NCBI GenBank assembly: GCA_964626495.1
Contig: CAZVFT010000002.1
Coordinates: 97 to 64,096 of the forward strand
Direction: 5' to 3'
DNA from: an uncultured bacterium
GTDB taxonomy: Bacteria > Fidelibacterota > Marinisomatia > Marinisomatales > CAZVFT01
Length of the DNA: 64,000 nt
The notes under the pieces were generated by a model, which did no database searches, was not told the DNA's origin, and was given only the letters and a program-made list of their open reading frames with translations. The position numbers and the translations under genes are program-made. Within the stretch, counting starts at the first letter, position 1. Each line of letters begins with the position of its first letter. Of the stretch, positions 27,413 through 38,099 are shown one piece after another.

Positions 27413-27653
27413 GAATGTAATGATACAACCAAAGTTGCAAAGGTCATGAATTTGTATGTATTCAATATGATGAGTCCACTCTTAATAGGTTATACAGTGA
27501 ATTTTTGAAAATAATAAAGGATAAGTTGAGGTGCTTGAAATTTACAACCACCCAACTCAGCCTTGCCATATATGTGTTTAAAACCCCAATTCACGCCTAA
27601 GATTTTCAAGGAACCTCCATCAGGGGTTATACCACCATTCAATCTCTTCATTT

Positions 27654-29051
27654 CTAGATTAAACATTTCTTAACTAATGAATCTTTATCCAGAGAGATTT
27701 TATAGAAATACAATCCAGAACTAATCCCATGAGCATACCAAGTAACAGAATGAGAGCCACTAACTTCATACTCATCAAATAATGTTTCTACCAACTTGCC
27801 ATTTATATCAAAAATTGAAATATTGACTATTCCTGATTCGAATAGAGTAAAAGGAAAAGTAGTTGATATATTAAACGGGTTTGGAAAATTCTGATTTAGT
27901 ATAAATGTAAATGGGAATTGTACCCTATCTGATTCATCTACAACTGATAATTCATCTATATATTTGTAAACACCATTCATAACTGTTCCAAAATAGAGAA
28001 CATCAAGGTTGTTTTCATATACGTAGATAAGATTTAAAGCACCTGAAAATTGCAATGAGTCATCAACAAGAGAGGTCCAAGTTGTACCACTATCTTCGCT
28101 TTTATATAGTGACGGAGGGATTCCACATCTACTTCCTACTGCATATATAATTGTTGGATTATTAGAGTTAACAGCAAGTCCAAAAAAGTAAGGGTAATTT
28201 GCTGGTATAAATATAGTATTCCAGTTTGTACCACCATCAATGGTTTTTATAATTCTACCTTCCATTCCGACATATACTTCATCGGAATTCAGCGGGTTTA
28301 TTGCAATGGAATAACAAGCATTATCACCTCCAACATCCAAAAAATTTTCCTGCCAGCTATTGCCGAAATCAGTAGACTTGTGGACGTATGGTTGAAAAAA
28401 CCCAGATTCGCCACCTGCCCAAACAATATTGGTAGCCTGAGGATCAATTTTAACAAAGTGAGTTCCCATACCCCCGTAATGCCAGTCCCCCCAAACAATA
28501 CTCCAGGTAATTCCCAAATCGGTTGACTTTGCAACTTGTGCATACCCCGTAGCAAAAATTGTATCGGGCTCATATGATAGACCATCCAAATCCAATATTT
28601 GATTGTTATATCCTGTCCCTCCACCAAATCCATTTTGTGATGGAAGCCATGTGGTTCCCCCGTCAATGGTTTTGAAAAGTGAAACGGTGTCAGACCCCAT
28701 TCCAGTAGTTATAACACTCACGATAATAGAGTCTGGGTTTAGAACTAACAGTGCTTTAGTTTCAAAACTTTGAAGTCCGATTGCTGTCCAATTTGTATCC
28801 GAAACCAAAATACTCTTCCGGTATATCCCATTATCTGACGCAGCATATAGATAATTACCATTCATTCTCAAGGATTCTATATGTTTACCCCCGAGACCAA
28901 CAAACTGAAATTGTCCAAACAAATGAGATAGCAAACACAAAACGACTATAATTCTATGAACATAGTTTTTTTTGTTTTCAATCCCTTTTGAATGGCGGCA
29001 TACTCCATTTATTAGTGAAGATAGCATACGACTATTAGCGAAAATTAACAT
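27654..29051 (-). CDS. Secreted BNR/Asp-box beta-propeller protein with T9SS C-terminal sorting domain
   Basis: Five SxDxGxTW boxes (TIDGGTTW, STDLGITW, STDFGNSW, TIDGGTNW, SEDSGTTW); C-terminus NFPNPFN...GLYFYKI; start uncertain (29051 or 29027), both inside repeat copy 3. Confidence 0.85.
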   Translation of the reverse strand: MLIFANSRMLSSLINGVCRHSKGIENKKNYVHRIIVVLCLLSHLFGQFQFVGLGGKHIESLRMNGNYLYAASDNGIYRKSILVSDTNWTAIGLQSFETKALLVLNPDSIIVSVITTGMGSDTVSLFKTIDGGTTWLPSQNGFGGGTGYNNQILDLDGLSYEPDTIFATGYAQVAKSTDLGITWSIVWGDWHYGGMGTHFVKIDPQATNIVWAGGESGFFQPYVHKSTDFGNSWQENFLDVGGDNACYSIAINPLNSDEVYVGMEGRIIKTIDGGTNWNTIFIPANYPYFFGLAVNSNNPTIIYAVGSRCGIPPSLYKSEDSGTTWTSLVDDSLQFSGALNLIYVYENNLDVLYFGTVMNGVYKYIDELSVVDESDRVQFPFTFILNQNFPNPFNISTTFPFTLFESGIVNISIFDINGKLVETLFDEYEVSGSHSVTWYAHGISSGLYFYKISLDKDSLVKKCLI

Positions 29052-29099
29052 TAACCTGTCAGGTTTCTGACTGATTAGCAGTTTTCAGAGTTCACTCAT
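29011..29099. repeat. Intergenic repeat family, copy 3 (overlaps the 5' end of the T9SS protein ORF)
   Basis: ATTAGCGAAAATTAACATTAACCTGTCAGGTTTCTGACTGATTAGCAGTTTTCAGAGTTCACTCAT aligns with copies 1 and 2. Confidence 0.75.
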
Positions 29100-29261
29100 A
29101 TGATTATTTTTTAAAATTCAATAATATAATAAACGCTGAATATTATCAATTCTTTCGCCTATAATCCAATGTAAATATTTGTCAGTAATGATTTGATTAA
29201 TGTAAAATGCACTTTGGTAGTGTGTCACAGGTGTCACATGTGTGGGAACTAAAAACCAATT

Positions 29262-30086
29262 CTACAAAACAAAAAGCTGGAGATAAATATAGGTCAGTGG
29301 TGCTGCAAAAAACAGGGAATCGAAACGATCAAAAACACCACCATGTCCCAATAAAAACTTCCCAGAATCTTTCACTTCCATATCTCGCTTTATCAAAGAT
29401 TGCACAAAATCACCTATTTGTCCAAATATTCCAGATATAACTGCGAAAACAATTATATCACCCCAGTCAAAGAGGTTACCTAAAAATCCGGATGTGTACA
29501 TTATTACATACGTTATTGCAGCCCCAAACACACCTGCTATACATCCCACAACGGTTTTGTTAGGACTCACTCTCTCCATCATCTTTTTCTTACCCCACTT
29601 TTTCCCTGCGAGATATGCAGCGGTATCACATATCCAGACAGATATAAAAACACCCCATGTCAGGTGGAATCCTGTCATATCGTCCCAGTTACGTAATGCA
29701 ATTAACGAACCTAAAAAGAGAGAAATGTACACAATACCAAAAATGGTGATAGAAATATTCCACGTTGGATTGGGTTTGTTACGAAAAAGTTCTATTGTCA
29801 AAATAAATCCAACAATAAAAATATTATAAAAGATCAAGGAGTTACCCGGTGGTACTCCACCATAATACATCCAAGCAATAAGAAGCGTAATAACCCACCC
29901 AACCCACAAAAGTGGAGATGCACCTTTTTTAGCACTAATCAGGTAAAATTCACGGAGGGCAAGAAGCATCGCAAGAGTAATAAGAGCAGCAAACCAGAGA
30001 CCACCCACCCACAAAAGGAGAATAATCCCAGGAACTCCCAGAAGGATAACAACTATTCTTTTTGCGATATCACTCTTCATTGGCAT
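29262..30086 (-). CDS. cdsA: Phosphatidate cytidylyltransferase
   Basis: 274-aa multi-TM ORF with CDS signature SLIKRDMEVKDSGKFLLGHGGVFDRFDS. Confidence 0.9.
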   Translation of the reverse strand: MPMKSDIAKRIVVILLGVPGIILLLWVGGLWFAALITLAMLLALREFYLISAKKGASPLLWVGWVITLLIAWMYYGGVPPGNSLIFYNIFIVGFILTIELFRNKPNPTWNISITIFGIVYISLFLGSLIALRNWDDMTGFHLTWGVFISVWICDTAAYLAGKKWGKKKMMERVSPNKTVVGCIAGVFGAAITYVIMYTSGFLGNLFDWGDIIVFAVISGIFGQIGDFVQSLIKRDMEVKDSGKFLLGHGGVFDRFDSLFFAAPLTYIYLQLFVL

Positions 30087-30227
30087 TAAATAATTCCTTC
30101 ACAAAAGTACAATTTCCGTTTTAACTATACAATATGAAACAGTTATTTATAATACTTCCTCAGTTTGAGAAGTAATTTAATTTGTGTCTGATTACACAAC
30201 CGGACATAAGCCAGAATCTTGTAAGAG

Positions 30228-31391
30228 TTATTGGTTTATATCAGTAACAACAGGAGTAAAAAAATCGAGATTATTTTTGTGGGAATCATAGGAAAAAACC
30301 GATATCCCAGAAAAACCTGTAACTTTTGTATATCTCACTTTATCTCGAGCATCAAAAGCATCTTGATTATAAGTGGCAATTCCCATAACAATTCCGGGTA
30401 AGTACTTAGAGGGAATATTATCATGAATGATATCAATGTTATGGGCAAACTTCCGCAATGAGGAATCATAGTTCATCGGTACCACATAATCAACCAACCC
30501 TTCAGCGAGCCATCGGTCCCATTCCTGATAATATCGCTTTTTTGCCTCCTCAAGATCAGGCTTAACAGCTACTGACAATATGCATGATGGTTTGATAGAC
30601 AATACTAAATCACCACACCGCCTTATAAGATCAGTCACAGCATCTCTACGGTATTGGTTCCATAAGTTTCGAAAATGATCAAGTCTTGTCCCAGATAACG
30701 TTCCCTTTCCCTTTGTGAATAATTCAAGAGGATCAACACCATACTCATACTCAAAATTTTCGCATCCTATCAAGTTATAACCATATTCTATATCGCAAAA
30801 TCGCACGTAATCAAGATGGAGACCATCGCAATCATAATTTTCTAAAACTTCCTGTAAAACTGACAATAGGTATGTCTGACTTTCAGGAATCAGGGGAGAC
30901 AGATATTTACCATCATTTCCATTATTAGGATACTCAGGATTTATTCCAGTTTTTAATTCTGATAACAGACTTTTATCTACCCATTCTGGATGTTGAATTA
31001 GAAGGTGCCTTTGTGAAATTGGGTTTTGAATTGATGACCAGATTAAATACACATTCATCCATGCGTGCACTTGAAGACCTAATTGGTGGCCCTTTTGAAT
31101 CGCATAGGAAAGTGGATCAAATAGTAGATTGCGAACTCTATTTGTTCGGGGAACTATACTACTGTTGTAAAAAGCATCTCCACGACCCCTTACCTGCACA
31201 AACACATGGTTAAATTGATTCTTTTTTGCAAATATCAAAGCTTTGTCAATTTCTTCTTCAGAAATCATTGATGAACGAACAATCCAGATAGATCGGAAGG
31301 AAAAGTGCTGGTCATTTTCCCCAGCAATAAGTCGCAGTTGAAGTATAATAAAAAAGGCAACAAAATATGCTGCCTTATTAATCTTATCCAT
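30228..31391 (-). CDS. Glycoside-hydrolase-like family 10 (GHL10/YngK-like) protein, secreted
   Basis: 387-aa ORF; signal peptide; FVQVRGRGDAFYNSSIVPR and HAWMNVY motifs typical of the GHL10 TIM-barrel family. Confidence 0.7.
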   Translation of the reverse strand: MDKINKAAYFVAFFIILQLRLIAGENDQHFSFRSIWIVRSSMISEEEIDKALIFAKKNQFNHVFVQVRGRGDAFYNSSIVPRTNRVRNLLFDPLSYAIQKGHQLGLQVHAWMNVYLIWSSIQNPISQRHLLIQHPEWVDKSLLSELKTGINPEYPNNGNDGKYLSPLIPESQTYLLSVLQEVLENYDCDGLHLDYVRFCDIEYGYNLIGCENFEYEYGVDPLELFTKGKGTLSGTRLDHFRNLWNQYRRDAVTDLIRRCGDLVLSIKPSCILSVAVKPDLEEAKKRYYQEWDRWLAEGLVDYVVPMNYDSSLRKFAHNIDIIHDNIPSKYLPGIVMGIATYNQDAFDARDKVRYTKVTGFSGISVFSYDSHKNNLDFFTPVVTDINQ

Positions 31392-31409
31392 ATACGTTTT
31401 TATTCCAGC

Positions 31410-31868
31410 TTAAGATTCGACTGTTTGAGTATCCTCGACAGATTCGGCTTTAGTTGCCTTTTTCTTTGATTTTTTAGTTTTCTTGGATTCTTCGCTCTTC
31501 TTGCTTTTAACTTCAAAATCTACAAGCTCGAGTAAGGAAACAGGAGCAGAATCGTTATCACGAAAGCCCAATTTCACAATTCTGGTATACCCCCCGGGTC
31601 TGTCGGTATATTTTGGACCAATTTCTTCAAAGAGGGTCTTAACTATATTCTTCCGGGGGATTTTCCTTAATACCATTCTTCGCGAGTGAACATCCCCTTT
31701 TTTTGCCTTAGTAATTATGGGCTCGATAAATTTACGTGTCTCTTTCGCTTTTGCATCGGTTGTCACAATTCGTTTATGTTCAATCAATGACGAAGCAAGA
31801 TTCGCCAGTAATGCCTTCCTGTGACTTGCTGTCCGACCGAGTTTTCTACCTCTTTTTTGATGTCGCAT
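31410..31868 (-). CDS. rplQ: 50S ribosomal protein L17 with Lys-rich C-terminal tail
   Basis: MRHQKRGRKLGRTASHRKALLANL; alpha-operon synteny; about 30 extra C-terminal residues. Confidence 0.95.
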   Translation of the reverse strand: MRHQKRGRKLGRTASHRKALLANLASSLIEHKRIVTTDAKAKETRKFIEPIITKAKKGDVHSRRMVLRKIPRKNIVKTLFEEIGPKYTDRPGGYTRIVKLGFRDNDSAPVSLLELVDFEVKSKKSEESKKTKKSKKKATKAESVEDTQTVES

Positions 31869-31879
31869 CTGTTTCTCTT

Positions 31880-32854
31880 TTACTTATCAGATTCCAATTT
31901 ATATTTATCAACATTTATCCCAAATGTAAGTCCCATCTCAGCCAATTTTTCTACCAACTCAGAAAGAGATTTTCTACCGAAATTTTTATACTTCAACATT
32001 TCACTTTCACTTTTTGACACTAAATCACTGATGACTTTGATCCCAGCAGCTTGAAGACAGTTGTGACTCCTCACAGAAAGTTCCATCTCCTCTATAGATT
32101 GACTGAGTATAGCCCTGATCCTGAGTACTTCATCATCCACCTTTTCTGTGATTTCAAGTACAGGTAATGCGTCAGGAATTAAAAAATGTTTAAAGTGGTC
32201 AATCAAAACCGATGCTCCATAATTAACCGAATCCATGGGTGTAGATGCACCATCAGTATTTATTTCAAGAATTAACTTCTCAAAACTATCCTTTGCGGAA
32301 GAACCGGGCACCACATCGTAAGATACTTTTAACACGGGATTGAAAATAGAATCAATATAGATAGTCCCGATGGTTTCATCAATTCTCTGATGATTGTTAG
32401 CATCAACATACCCCTTACCCACACCAATCTGAAGTTCCATAGTAAAATTGGCATCTTTATTCATTGTTGCAACGTATTGATCCCGATTCAAGACCTCAAA
32501 CTGTTCAGATGCTTCATCGATATCTTTAGCAGTAAAAGTACCCGGTCCTTTCAAAACTAATGCAACCTTATCCAGTGTTGATTCTGAGGTTTTGAACCTG
32601 ATCTTTTTCAGATTAAGAATAACATCCGCCATGTCTTCTTTTACCCCATCAATAGTGGCAAATTCGTGAAGAATTCCATCAATTTTAACTGAAATAATAG
32701 CCACGCCTGGCATACTAGTCAGAAGAACCCTTCTCAAAGCATTTCCAATGGTAATTCCATACCCCCTTTCAAGTGGTTCAAGGGTAAACAAACCATACGA
32801 GTCTGTTAACGATTTTTTATCTACCTTAAATTTAAAGACCTTATTTTTTTTCAT
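31880..32854 (-). CDS. rpoA: DNA-directed RNA polymerase subunit alpha
   Basis: 324 aa; NTD GNALRRVLL and CTD LELSVRSHNCL motifs. Confidence 0.95.
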   Translation of the reverse strand: MKKNKVFKFKVDKKSLTDSYGLFTLEPLERGYGITIGNALRRVLLTSMPGVAIISVKIDGILHEFATIDGVKEDMADVILNLKKIRFKTSESTLDKVALVLKGPGTFTAKDIDEASEQFEVLNRDQYVATMNKDANFTMELQIGVGKGYVDANNHQRIDETIGTIYIDSIFNPVLKVSYDVVPGSSAKDSFEKLILEINTDGASTPMDSVNYGASVLIDHFKHFLIPDALPVLEITEKVDDEVLRIRAILSQSIEEMELSVRSHNCLQAAGIKVISDLVSKSESEMLKYKNFGRKSLSELVEKLAEMGLTFGINVDKYKLESDK

Positions 32855-32875
32855 ATTATATTCACCCTTATGATT

Positions 32876-33493
32876 CTATTTTGAGTAAAGTTCAACAACT
32901 AACTGTTCTGTGAATTTTTCCTTAATTTGGTCACGCTCTGGAATCTGGAGAAAGGTTCCCGTCAAAGTTGCTTTATCCAGTTTTAACCAAGGCAAATCCA
33001 GATCTCCCTTGATCCGTTTCAGCGAATCATGAATTATTGTGAGCTTGCGACTTTTATCACGAACCTTGATCTCATCATTCGGTTTAACTATGTATGATGG
33101 AATATTTGCCGGCTTACCGTTTACCAAAAAATGCTTATGATTTACAAGCTGCCGAGCTGAGTTACGGGTGGGTGCAAATCCCAACCGAAATACCACATTA
33201 TCTAAACGTCTTTCTAATAACTGGACAAGATTAATACCAGTTTCTCCTTTCATCTTCTCTGCCTTTTTATAAAAACGTCTAAATTGTTTCTCTAACAGAC
33301 CATATGTATATTTCATTTTTTGCTTTTCCGTTAGCTGAAGTCCGTAGTTTGATGGACGCCTTCTTCGGGACTGCCCATGCTGTCCAGGACCATAATTCTT
33401 TCTTTCTAATATTCGATCAAACTTTGGATTTCCAAAAATATTTTCACCAAACCGTCGAACTATTTTTCCTCTTGTACCAGAATATTTAGCCAT
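32876..33493 (-). CDS. rpsD: 30S ribosomal protein S4
   Basis: MAKYSGTRGKIVRRFG..., S4 domain; synteny. Confidence 0.95.
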   Translation of the reverse strand: MAKYSGTRGKIVRRFGENIFGNPKFDRILERKNYGPGQHGQSRRRRPSNYGLQLTEKQKMKYTYGLLEKQFRRFYKKAEKMKGETGINLVQLLERRLDNVVFRLGFAPTRNSARQLVNHKHFLVNGKPANIPSYIVKPNDEIKVRDKSRKLTIIHDSLKRIKGDLDLPWLKLDKATLTGTFLQIPERDQIKEKFTEQLVVELYSK

Positions 33494-33509
33494 TCTTTAT
33501 AAACCTCCC

Positions 33510-33902
33510 TTATACCCTTCGTCGCTTTGGGGGCCTACATCCATTGTGTGGAATTGGGGTTACATCCTTGATAGTCAAGATATCAAGACCGGCTACAGCT
33601 AAGGAACGGATAGCTGATTCTCTACCAGAACCGGGACCTTTCACCCTGATGTTCACTTGTTGAAGTCCCAAATCTATTGCTTCCTTACTGGCTTTTTCAG
33701 CTGCTTGTTGAGCAGCAAAAGGGGTACTCTTCCGTGAACCTTTGAATCCTACTGTCCCGGAACTAGCCCAAGAAATTACATTTCCATGTAAATCTGTAAG
33801 AGTGATAATCGTGTTGTTAAAAGTTGCCTTGATATGGGCAACCCCTTCGGACTCCACTCGTGCCTTCTTTTTCTTCCTTTTCCTTTTTGTTTTTTCTGCC
33901 AT
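33510..33902 (-). CDS. rpsK: 30S ribosomal protein S11
   Basis: [18 protein letters not shown] ... [16 protein letters not shown]. Confidence 0.95.
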   Translation of the reverse strand: MAEKTKRKRKKKKARVESEGVAHIKATFNNTIITLTDLHGNVISWASSGTVGFKGSRKSTPFAAQQAAEKASKEAIDLGLQQVNIRVKGPGSGRESAIRSLAVAGLDILTIKDVTPIPHNGCRPPKRRRV

Positions 33903-33926
33903 AACACCCTTCCCAGATTGTGTGAA

Positions 33927-34313
33927 TTAAGCTTTCTTACTTACAACTTTTTTCTTACCCAAACCAACGGTCCGTTTTTTCCCTTTTCGTGTTCTAGCAT
34001 TGGTTTTTGTCCTCTGCCCGTGAACAGGTAACCCACGTCGATGACGCAGTCCACGGTAACAACCAATATCCAACAACCGCTTGAGGGACATAGTGTTTTC
34101 TGTCCTGAGTTCACCTTCTACCTTATTCTTACCAACCGCTTTTCGAATAGCTGCAATTTGTTTTTCGCTCAGGTCTTGAACTCGAATATTTAAATCGACT
34201 TTAACCTCTTTTAAAATCTGTTTTGAAGTTGTATGTCCAATACCGTAAATGTATCTCAAAGCATACTCTATATTTTTATCTCGAGGTAAATCTACACCTG
34301 CAATTCTTGCCAT
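33927..34313 (-). CDS. rpsM: 30S ribosomal protein S13
   Basis: [13 protein letters not shown] ... [23 protein letters not shown]. Confidence 0.95.
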   Translation of the reverse strand: MARIAGVDLPRDKNIEYALRYIYGIGHTTSKQILKEVKVDLNIRVQDLSEKQIAAIRKAVGKNKVEGELRTENTMSLKRLLDIGCYRGLRHRRGLPVHGQRTKTNARTRKGKKRTVGLGKKKVVSKKA

Positions 34314-34315
34314 AA

Positions 34316-34429
34316 TTAACCCTGTCTTTGCTTATGTTTAGGATTTTCACAAATCACCCGGACAACTCCCTTACGTCGGATGATTTTACATTTATTACAA
34401 ATTTTTCTGACTGAAGTCTTTACTTTCAT
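34316..34429 (-). CDS. rpmJ: 50S ribosomal protein L36 (zinc-ribbon form)
   Basis: Not in the ORF track (37 aa). Hand translation gives [37 protein letters not shown], between map and rpsM. Confidence 0.93.
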   Translation of the reverse strand: MKVKTSVRKICNKCKIIRRKGVVRVICENPKHKQRQG

Positions 34430-34483
34430 CTCATTTTTTCCCAATTGTTGGTAATAATAACGTTTTTAATAAATAAAATATTT

Positions 34484-35242
34484 TCATTTATCTATTGTTC
34501 CATCACTTAAAATTTTTCCACCATTATCCGACACGACAACCGTGTGTTCAAAATGAGCAGATGGTTTTCCATCACGAGTACATACTGTCCACCCATCCGA
34601 TCGAGTATATACTTCTTTTCCACCTAAATTAACCATCGGTTCTATTGCCAGACACATCCCAGATTTTAATAAAATTCCCTCACCGGGATCACCATAATTG
34701 GGAATTTGAGGGTCCTCGTGCAATTCTGTACCAATACCATGTCCCACTAATTCTCTGACTACATTGAATCCGTGACTTTCAACATACGATTGAATCACAT
34801 GACCAATATCCGATAACCGATTTCCTGATTTTGCCTGTTCAATTCCAATGTATAGTGCTTTCTCAGTTACGGTCATTAATTTCATCACATCCGCATCAAT
34901 CTGACCAACGGTATATGTCCATGCACTATCCCCGTAGTAACCATCTTTTAGAACTCCACAATCAATGGCAACAATATCTCCCTCATTCAACTTCCGACGG
35001 TTTGGAATCCCATGCACAACCTCTTCATTTATTGAAATACAGATAGATTTAGGATATTCCATATATCCTTTGAATGCTGGTGTTGCTCCGCGAGAATAGA
35101 TATATTTCTCAGCAATTTTATTCAGTTTCTCTCCGGTTACCCCCGGTTTTATATTCTCACCAAGTAATGTTAACGTTTCATACACAATCTGGCTACTCTC
35201 TCGAATCAGGTCTATTTCCCTTTTATTTCTAATGTTAACCAT
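34484..35242 (-). CDS. map: Methionine aminopeptidase type I
   Basis: MetAP-I core (IVAIDCG, GHGIGTELHE, LAIEPM); start placed at MVNIRNKREI (35242) to avoid overlap with secY. Confidence 0.9.
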   Translation of the reverse strand: MVNIRNKREIDLIRESSQIVYETLTLLGENIKPGVTGEKLNKIAEKYIYSRGATPAFKGYMEYPKSICISINEEVVHGIPNRRKLNEGDIVAIDCGVLKDGYYGDSAWTYTVGQIDADVMKLMTVTEKALYIGIEQAKSGNRLSDIGHVIQSYVESHGFNVVRELVGHGIGTELHEDPQIPNYGDPGEGILLKSGMCLAIEPMVNLGGKEVYTRSDGWTVCTRDGKPSAHFEHTVVVSDNGGKILSDGTIDK

Positions 35243-35246
35243 AATA

Positions 35247-36584
35247 TCAAAATCTCCGGCGACCCCTAATTTTTCCCTTTTGCAAAAAGCCATCATAATG
35301 ACGCATTAAGAGATGAGATTCCACCTGCTGGAGAGTATCCAATGCCACACCTACAATGATGAGTAAACTGGTACCCCCGAAGAAAGAAGCCAGATCATAC
35401 CCCACATCCATAATATTCATTAAGATGTAGGGAAAGATAGCAACAAATGCAAGAAAAAAGGATCCGGGCAAGGTCACTCGGGTTAGAATATTATCGATAA
35501 ATTCGGACGTTTTCTTTCCTGGTCGAACACCGGGAATAAATCCACCATGTTTTTTCATCTGGTCTGCCACTTCTACTGGATTAAAAGCAATAGCAGTATA
35601 GAAGTACGTAAAAAAGATTATCATAATACCGAAAACAGTCCAATAGAACCAGTGGTTAAAAGAAAATACTACCATAACTCCTTGCATAAATTCACTTTCC
35701 CTGAAAAAGGTAGCAATAGTATTGGGTAAAAACATAATAGACTGGGCAAAGATAATAGGCATAACTCCAGCCGTATTTACCCTTAGAGGGATATGTGTGG
35801 ACTGTCCACCATAAACTTTCCTACCAATAACACGTTTAGCATATTGTACAGGTATCTTTCGAGTTCCCTGAGTTATTAATACAACAAACCCAATAATAAT
35901 AAACATAAGACCCATTAACACAATTGCAGTGAGGGGACCACGCACTCCTTCAATTATTAACATAATTTCTGAGATGATAACATTGGGAAAACGAGAAATA
36001 ATTCCAATCATAATAATTAATGAAATACCATTCCCAATACCCCGCTCAGTGATCTGTTCACCAAGCCACATAAGAAAAATTACCCCAGTCACGAGTGATA
36101 CCATTGTGGTAAACCTGAAAGCAAAACCAGGATCCGGTACCACAGGAACAGCAGCACCACCTACATTTGCGGTCATAGTTTCAAGAAAAATTGCCAGTGG
36201 ATATGCTTGAAGTGTGGCAATCAATACTGTCCCATATCGAGTAAGTTGAGTAATTTTTTTCCTTCCTTCTTCTCCCTCTTTCTGTAATCTTTGAAAATAG
36301 GGAACTACCACACCCATCAATTGCATGATAATGGATGCAGAAATGTAGGGCATTATTCCCAGAGCAAACAGAGTCGCTTTTTTAAAAGCCCCACCGGCAA
36401 ATAGGTCATACAGTCCAAATAATGTGTTACTGAGATTTTCAATGGCAGCTCGAAGTGCTTCTCCATCAATACCGGGAATAGGAATATGAGTCCCCACACG
36501 ACAAATTATTAATAACGCCACGGTGAAGGTTATCCGCTTTCTAAGTTCCGGGATATTGATAATATTTCGAATTTTCTCAATCAC
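35247..36584 (-). CDS. secY: Preprotein translocase subunit SecY
   Basis: 445-aa 10-TM ORF; LFALGIMPYISASII motif; spc-operon position. Confidence 0.95.
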   Translation of the reverse strand: MIEKIRNIINIPELRKRITFTVALLIICRVGTHIPIPGIDGEALRAAIENLSNTLFGLYDLFAGGAFKKATLFALGIMPYISASIIMQLMGVVVPYFQRLQKEGEEGRKKITQLTRYGTVLIATLQAYPLAIFLETMTANVGGAAVPVVPDPGFAFRFTTMVSLVTGVIFLMWLGEQITERGIGNGISLIIMIGIISRFPNVIISEIMLIIEGVRGPLTAIVLMGLMFIIIGFVVLITQGTRKIPVQYAKRVIGRKVYGGQSTHIPLRVNTAGVMPIIFAQSIMFLPNTIATFFRESEFMQGVMVVFSFNHWFYWTVFGIMIIFFTYFYTAIAFNPVEVADQMKKHGGFIPGVRPGKKTSEFIDNILTRVTLPGSFFLAFVAIFPYILMNIMDVGYDLASFFGGTSLLIIVGVALDTLQQVESHLLMRHYDGFLQKGKIRGRRRF

Positions 36585-37021
36585 AATACTGTAACTATTC
36601 CGCCAGCTTTCTCAATTTTTTCAACTGCAGATTTACTGAACGCATGAGCGGTAACAGAGACTACCTTTGATAATTCCCCATTACCTAATACTTTCACAGG
36701 TTTAGAAGTCGAATTGATCAGACCACTTTTATACAAAGTGTCAATATTCACCTTTTCTGTGTCGAGATTTGCCATCTGAGAAAGATTAACGATTTGATAG
36801 GTCGTCCTGAACCGACTGTTTGAGAAACCGCGTTTGGGTATGCGCCGCTGGAGAGGCATCTGACCACCTTCATACCAAGCACGACGTTTACTACCGGAAC
36901 GTGAGTGATATCCCTTGTCACCTCTTCCTGACCTTTTCCCTTTTCCAGAACCAGGTCCTCTACCCACACGTTTCCTGTTTTTTGTGGAATTTGGAGTTGG
37001 TTTTAGTTTCCCTAATTTCAT
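36581..37021 (-). CDS. rplO: 50S ribosomal protein L15
   Basis: [18 protein letters not shown] motif; synteny. Confidence 0.95.
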   Translation of the reverse strand: MKLGKLKPTPNSTKNRKRVGRGPGSGKGKRSGRGDKGYHSRSGSKRRAWYEGGQMPLQRRIPKRGFSNSRFRTTYQIVNLSQMANLDTEKVNIDTLYKSGLINSTSKPVKVLGNGELSKVVSVTAHAFSKSAVEKIEKAGGIVTVL

Positions 37022-37215
37022 GATACTTCTTCTACATTTACCAGATGATCAACAACAGTAATCATCCCTCGTATTACTGGTGTGTCAGGCTTGACGACAG
37101 TTTGATGCATCCGTCTTAATCCCAGAGCGGCAAGAGTTTTTTTTGCCTTTTGTTTGTAACCAATAGCACTTTTGACTTGTGTAATTTTTAGTAAATTTTG
37201 TTTTTTTTTCGCCAT
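37018..37215 (-). CDS. rpmD: 50S ribosomal protein L30
   Basis: 65-aa; [27 protein letters not shown]. Confidence 0.93.
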   Translation of the reverse strand: MAKKKQNLLKITQVKSAIGYKQKAKKTLAALGLRRMHQTVVKPDTPVIRGMITVVDHLVNVEEVS

Positions 37216-37224
37216 AGAAATATT

Positions 37225-37728
37225 CTACTTAAAAATTTCGGAGATAGTAATGCCCCGCTTATTAGCAATAGAGACAGGATCTTGTAATGATATCAATCCC
37301 TTTTCTGCTGCTCTGATAATACTGTTTGCATTGGATGATCCATATCTCTTCGTGAGAATATCCGTGATCCCACTTTGTTGTATCAGGGCTCTAATTGGTC
37401 CTCCAGCAATAATTCCTGTACCAGGAGAAGCAGGTTTCAGCAACACCTTAGAAGCGCCAAACTTTCCCATAATTTGATGAGGAATCGTCCCTTTGATAAT
37501 GGGAACACGAAAAAGATTTTTCTTCGCATCTTCCTTTGCTTTGGTGATGGAAGATAATACCTCGTTGGACTTCCCATGTCCAAGACCTACGTGACCGTTT
37601 CCGTCACCCACCACCACAGTAGCGCTAAATCGAAAACGACGTCCACCAGCCACGACCTTAGACACACGTCTGACCTTTACAACAGTTTCTTCATTAAGAT
37701 CTAATTCTGTTGGATCAATGTAACTCAA
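37225..37728 (-). CDS. rpsE: 30S ribosomal protein S5
   Basis: [32 protein letters not shown]. Confidence 0.95.
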   Translation of the reverse strand: MSYIDPTELDLNEETVVKVRRVSKVVAGGRRFRFSATVVVGDGNGHVGLGHGKSNEVLSSITKAKEDAKKNLFRVPIIKGTIPHQIMGKFGASKVLLKPASPGTGIIAGGPIRALIQQSGITDILTKRYGSSNANSIIRAAEKGLISLQDPVSIANKRGITISEIFK

Positions 37729-38099
37729 AATTTTAATCCTCCTGATCTGGCTCCATCTGCCAATGCTTTTACCCTTCCGTGATAAAGAAATCCATTGCGG
37801 TCAAAAACTACTTCTGTAATTTTTTTCTTTTTCGCTCTTTTCGCAATTTCACGACCGACAATCTCGCTCTTTTCCACCTTTGATTTAGCCTTCCCCAATT
37901 CCACCTGAAGACCCTTTTCAAGAGATGAAGCTGATACAAGGGTCTTACCCTCCCAATCATTGATGATCTGACCGTAAATATGCTTCAGACTACGATACAC
38001 AACAAGCCTATATCGATCTCCATGACGAATAGCCGTCCCTTTGCTACGCCTTCTTCTGCGCTCACCTCTAATGGCTTTTTCTAACTTTTTCACCACCAA
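37725..38099 (-). CDS. rplR: 50S ribosomal protein L18
   Basis: [18 protein letters not shown] ... [20 protein letters not shown]. Confidence 0.95.
   Translation of the reverse strand: MVVKKLEKAIRGERRRRRSKGTAIRHGDRYRLVVYRSLKHIYGQIINDWEGKTLVSASSLEKGLQVELGKAKSKVEKSEIVGREIAKRAKKKKITEVVFDRNGFLYHGRVKALADGARSGGLKF

Noticed and set aside
35243-35296. N-terminal 18 codons of the tracked map ORF
   Set aside because: This part overlaps the 3' end of secY. The MetAP homology-like sequence begins at MVNIRNKREI (35242), just after the secY stop.
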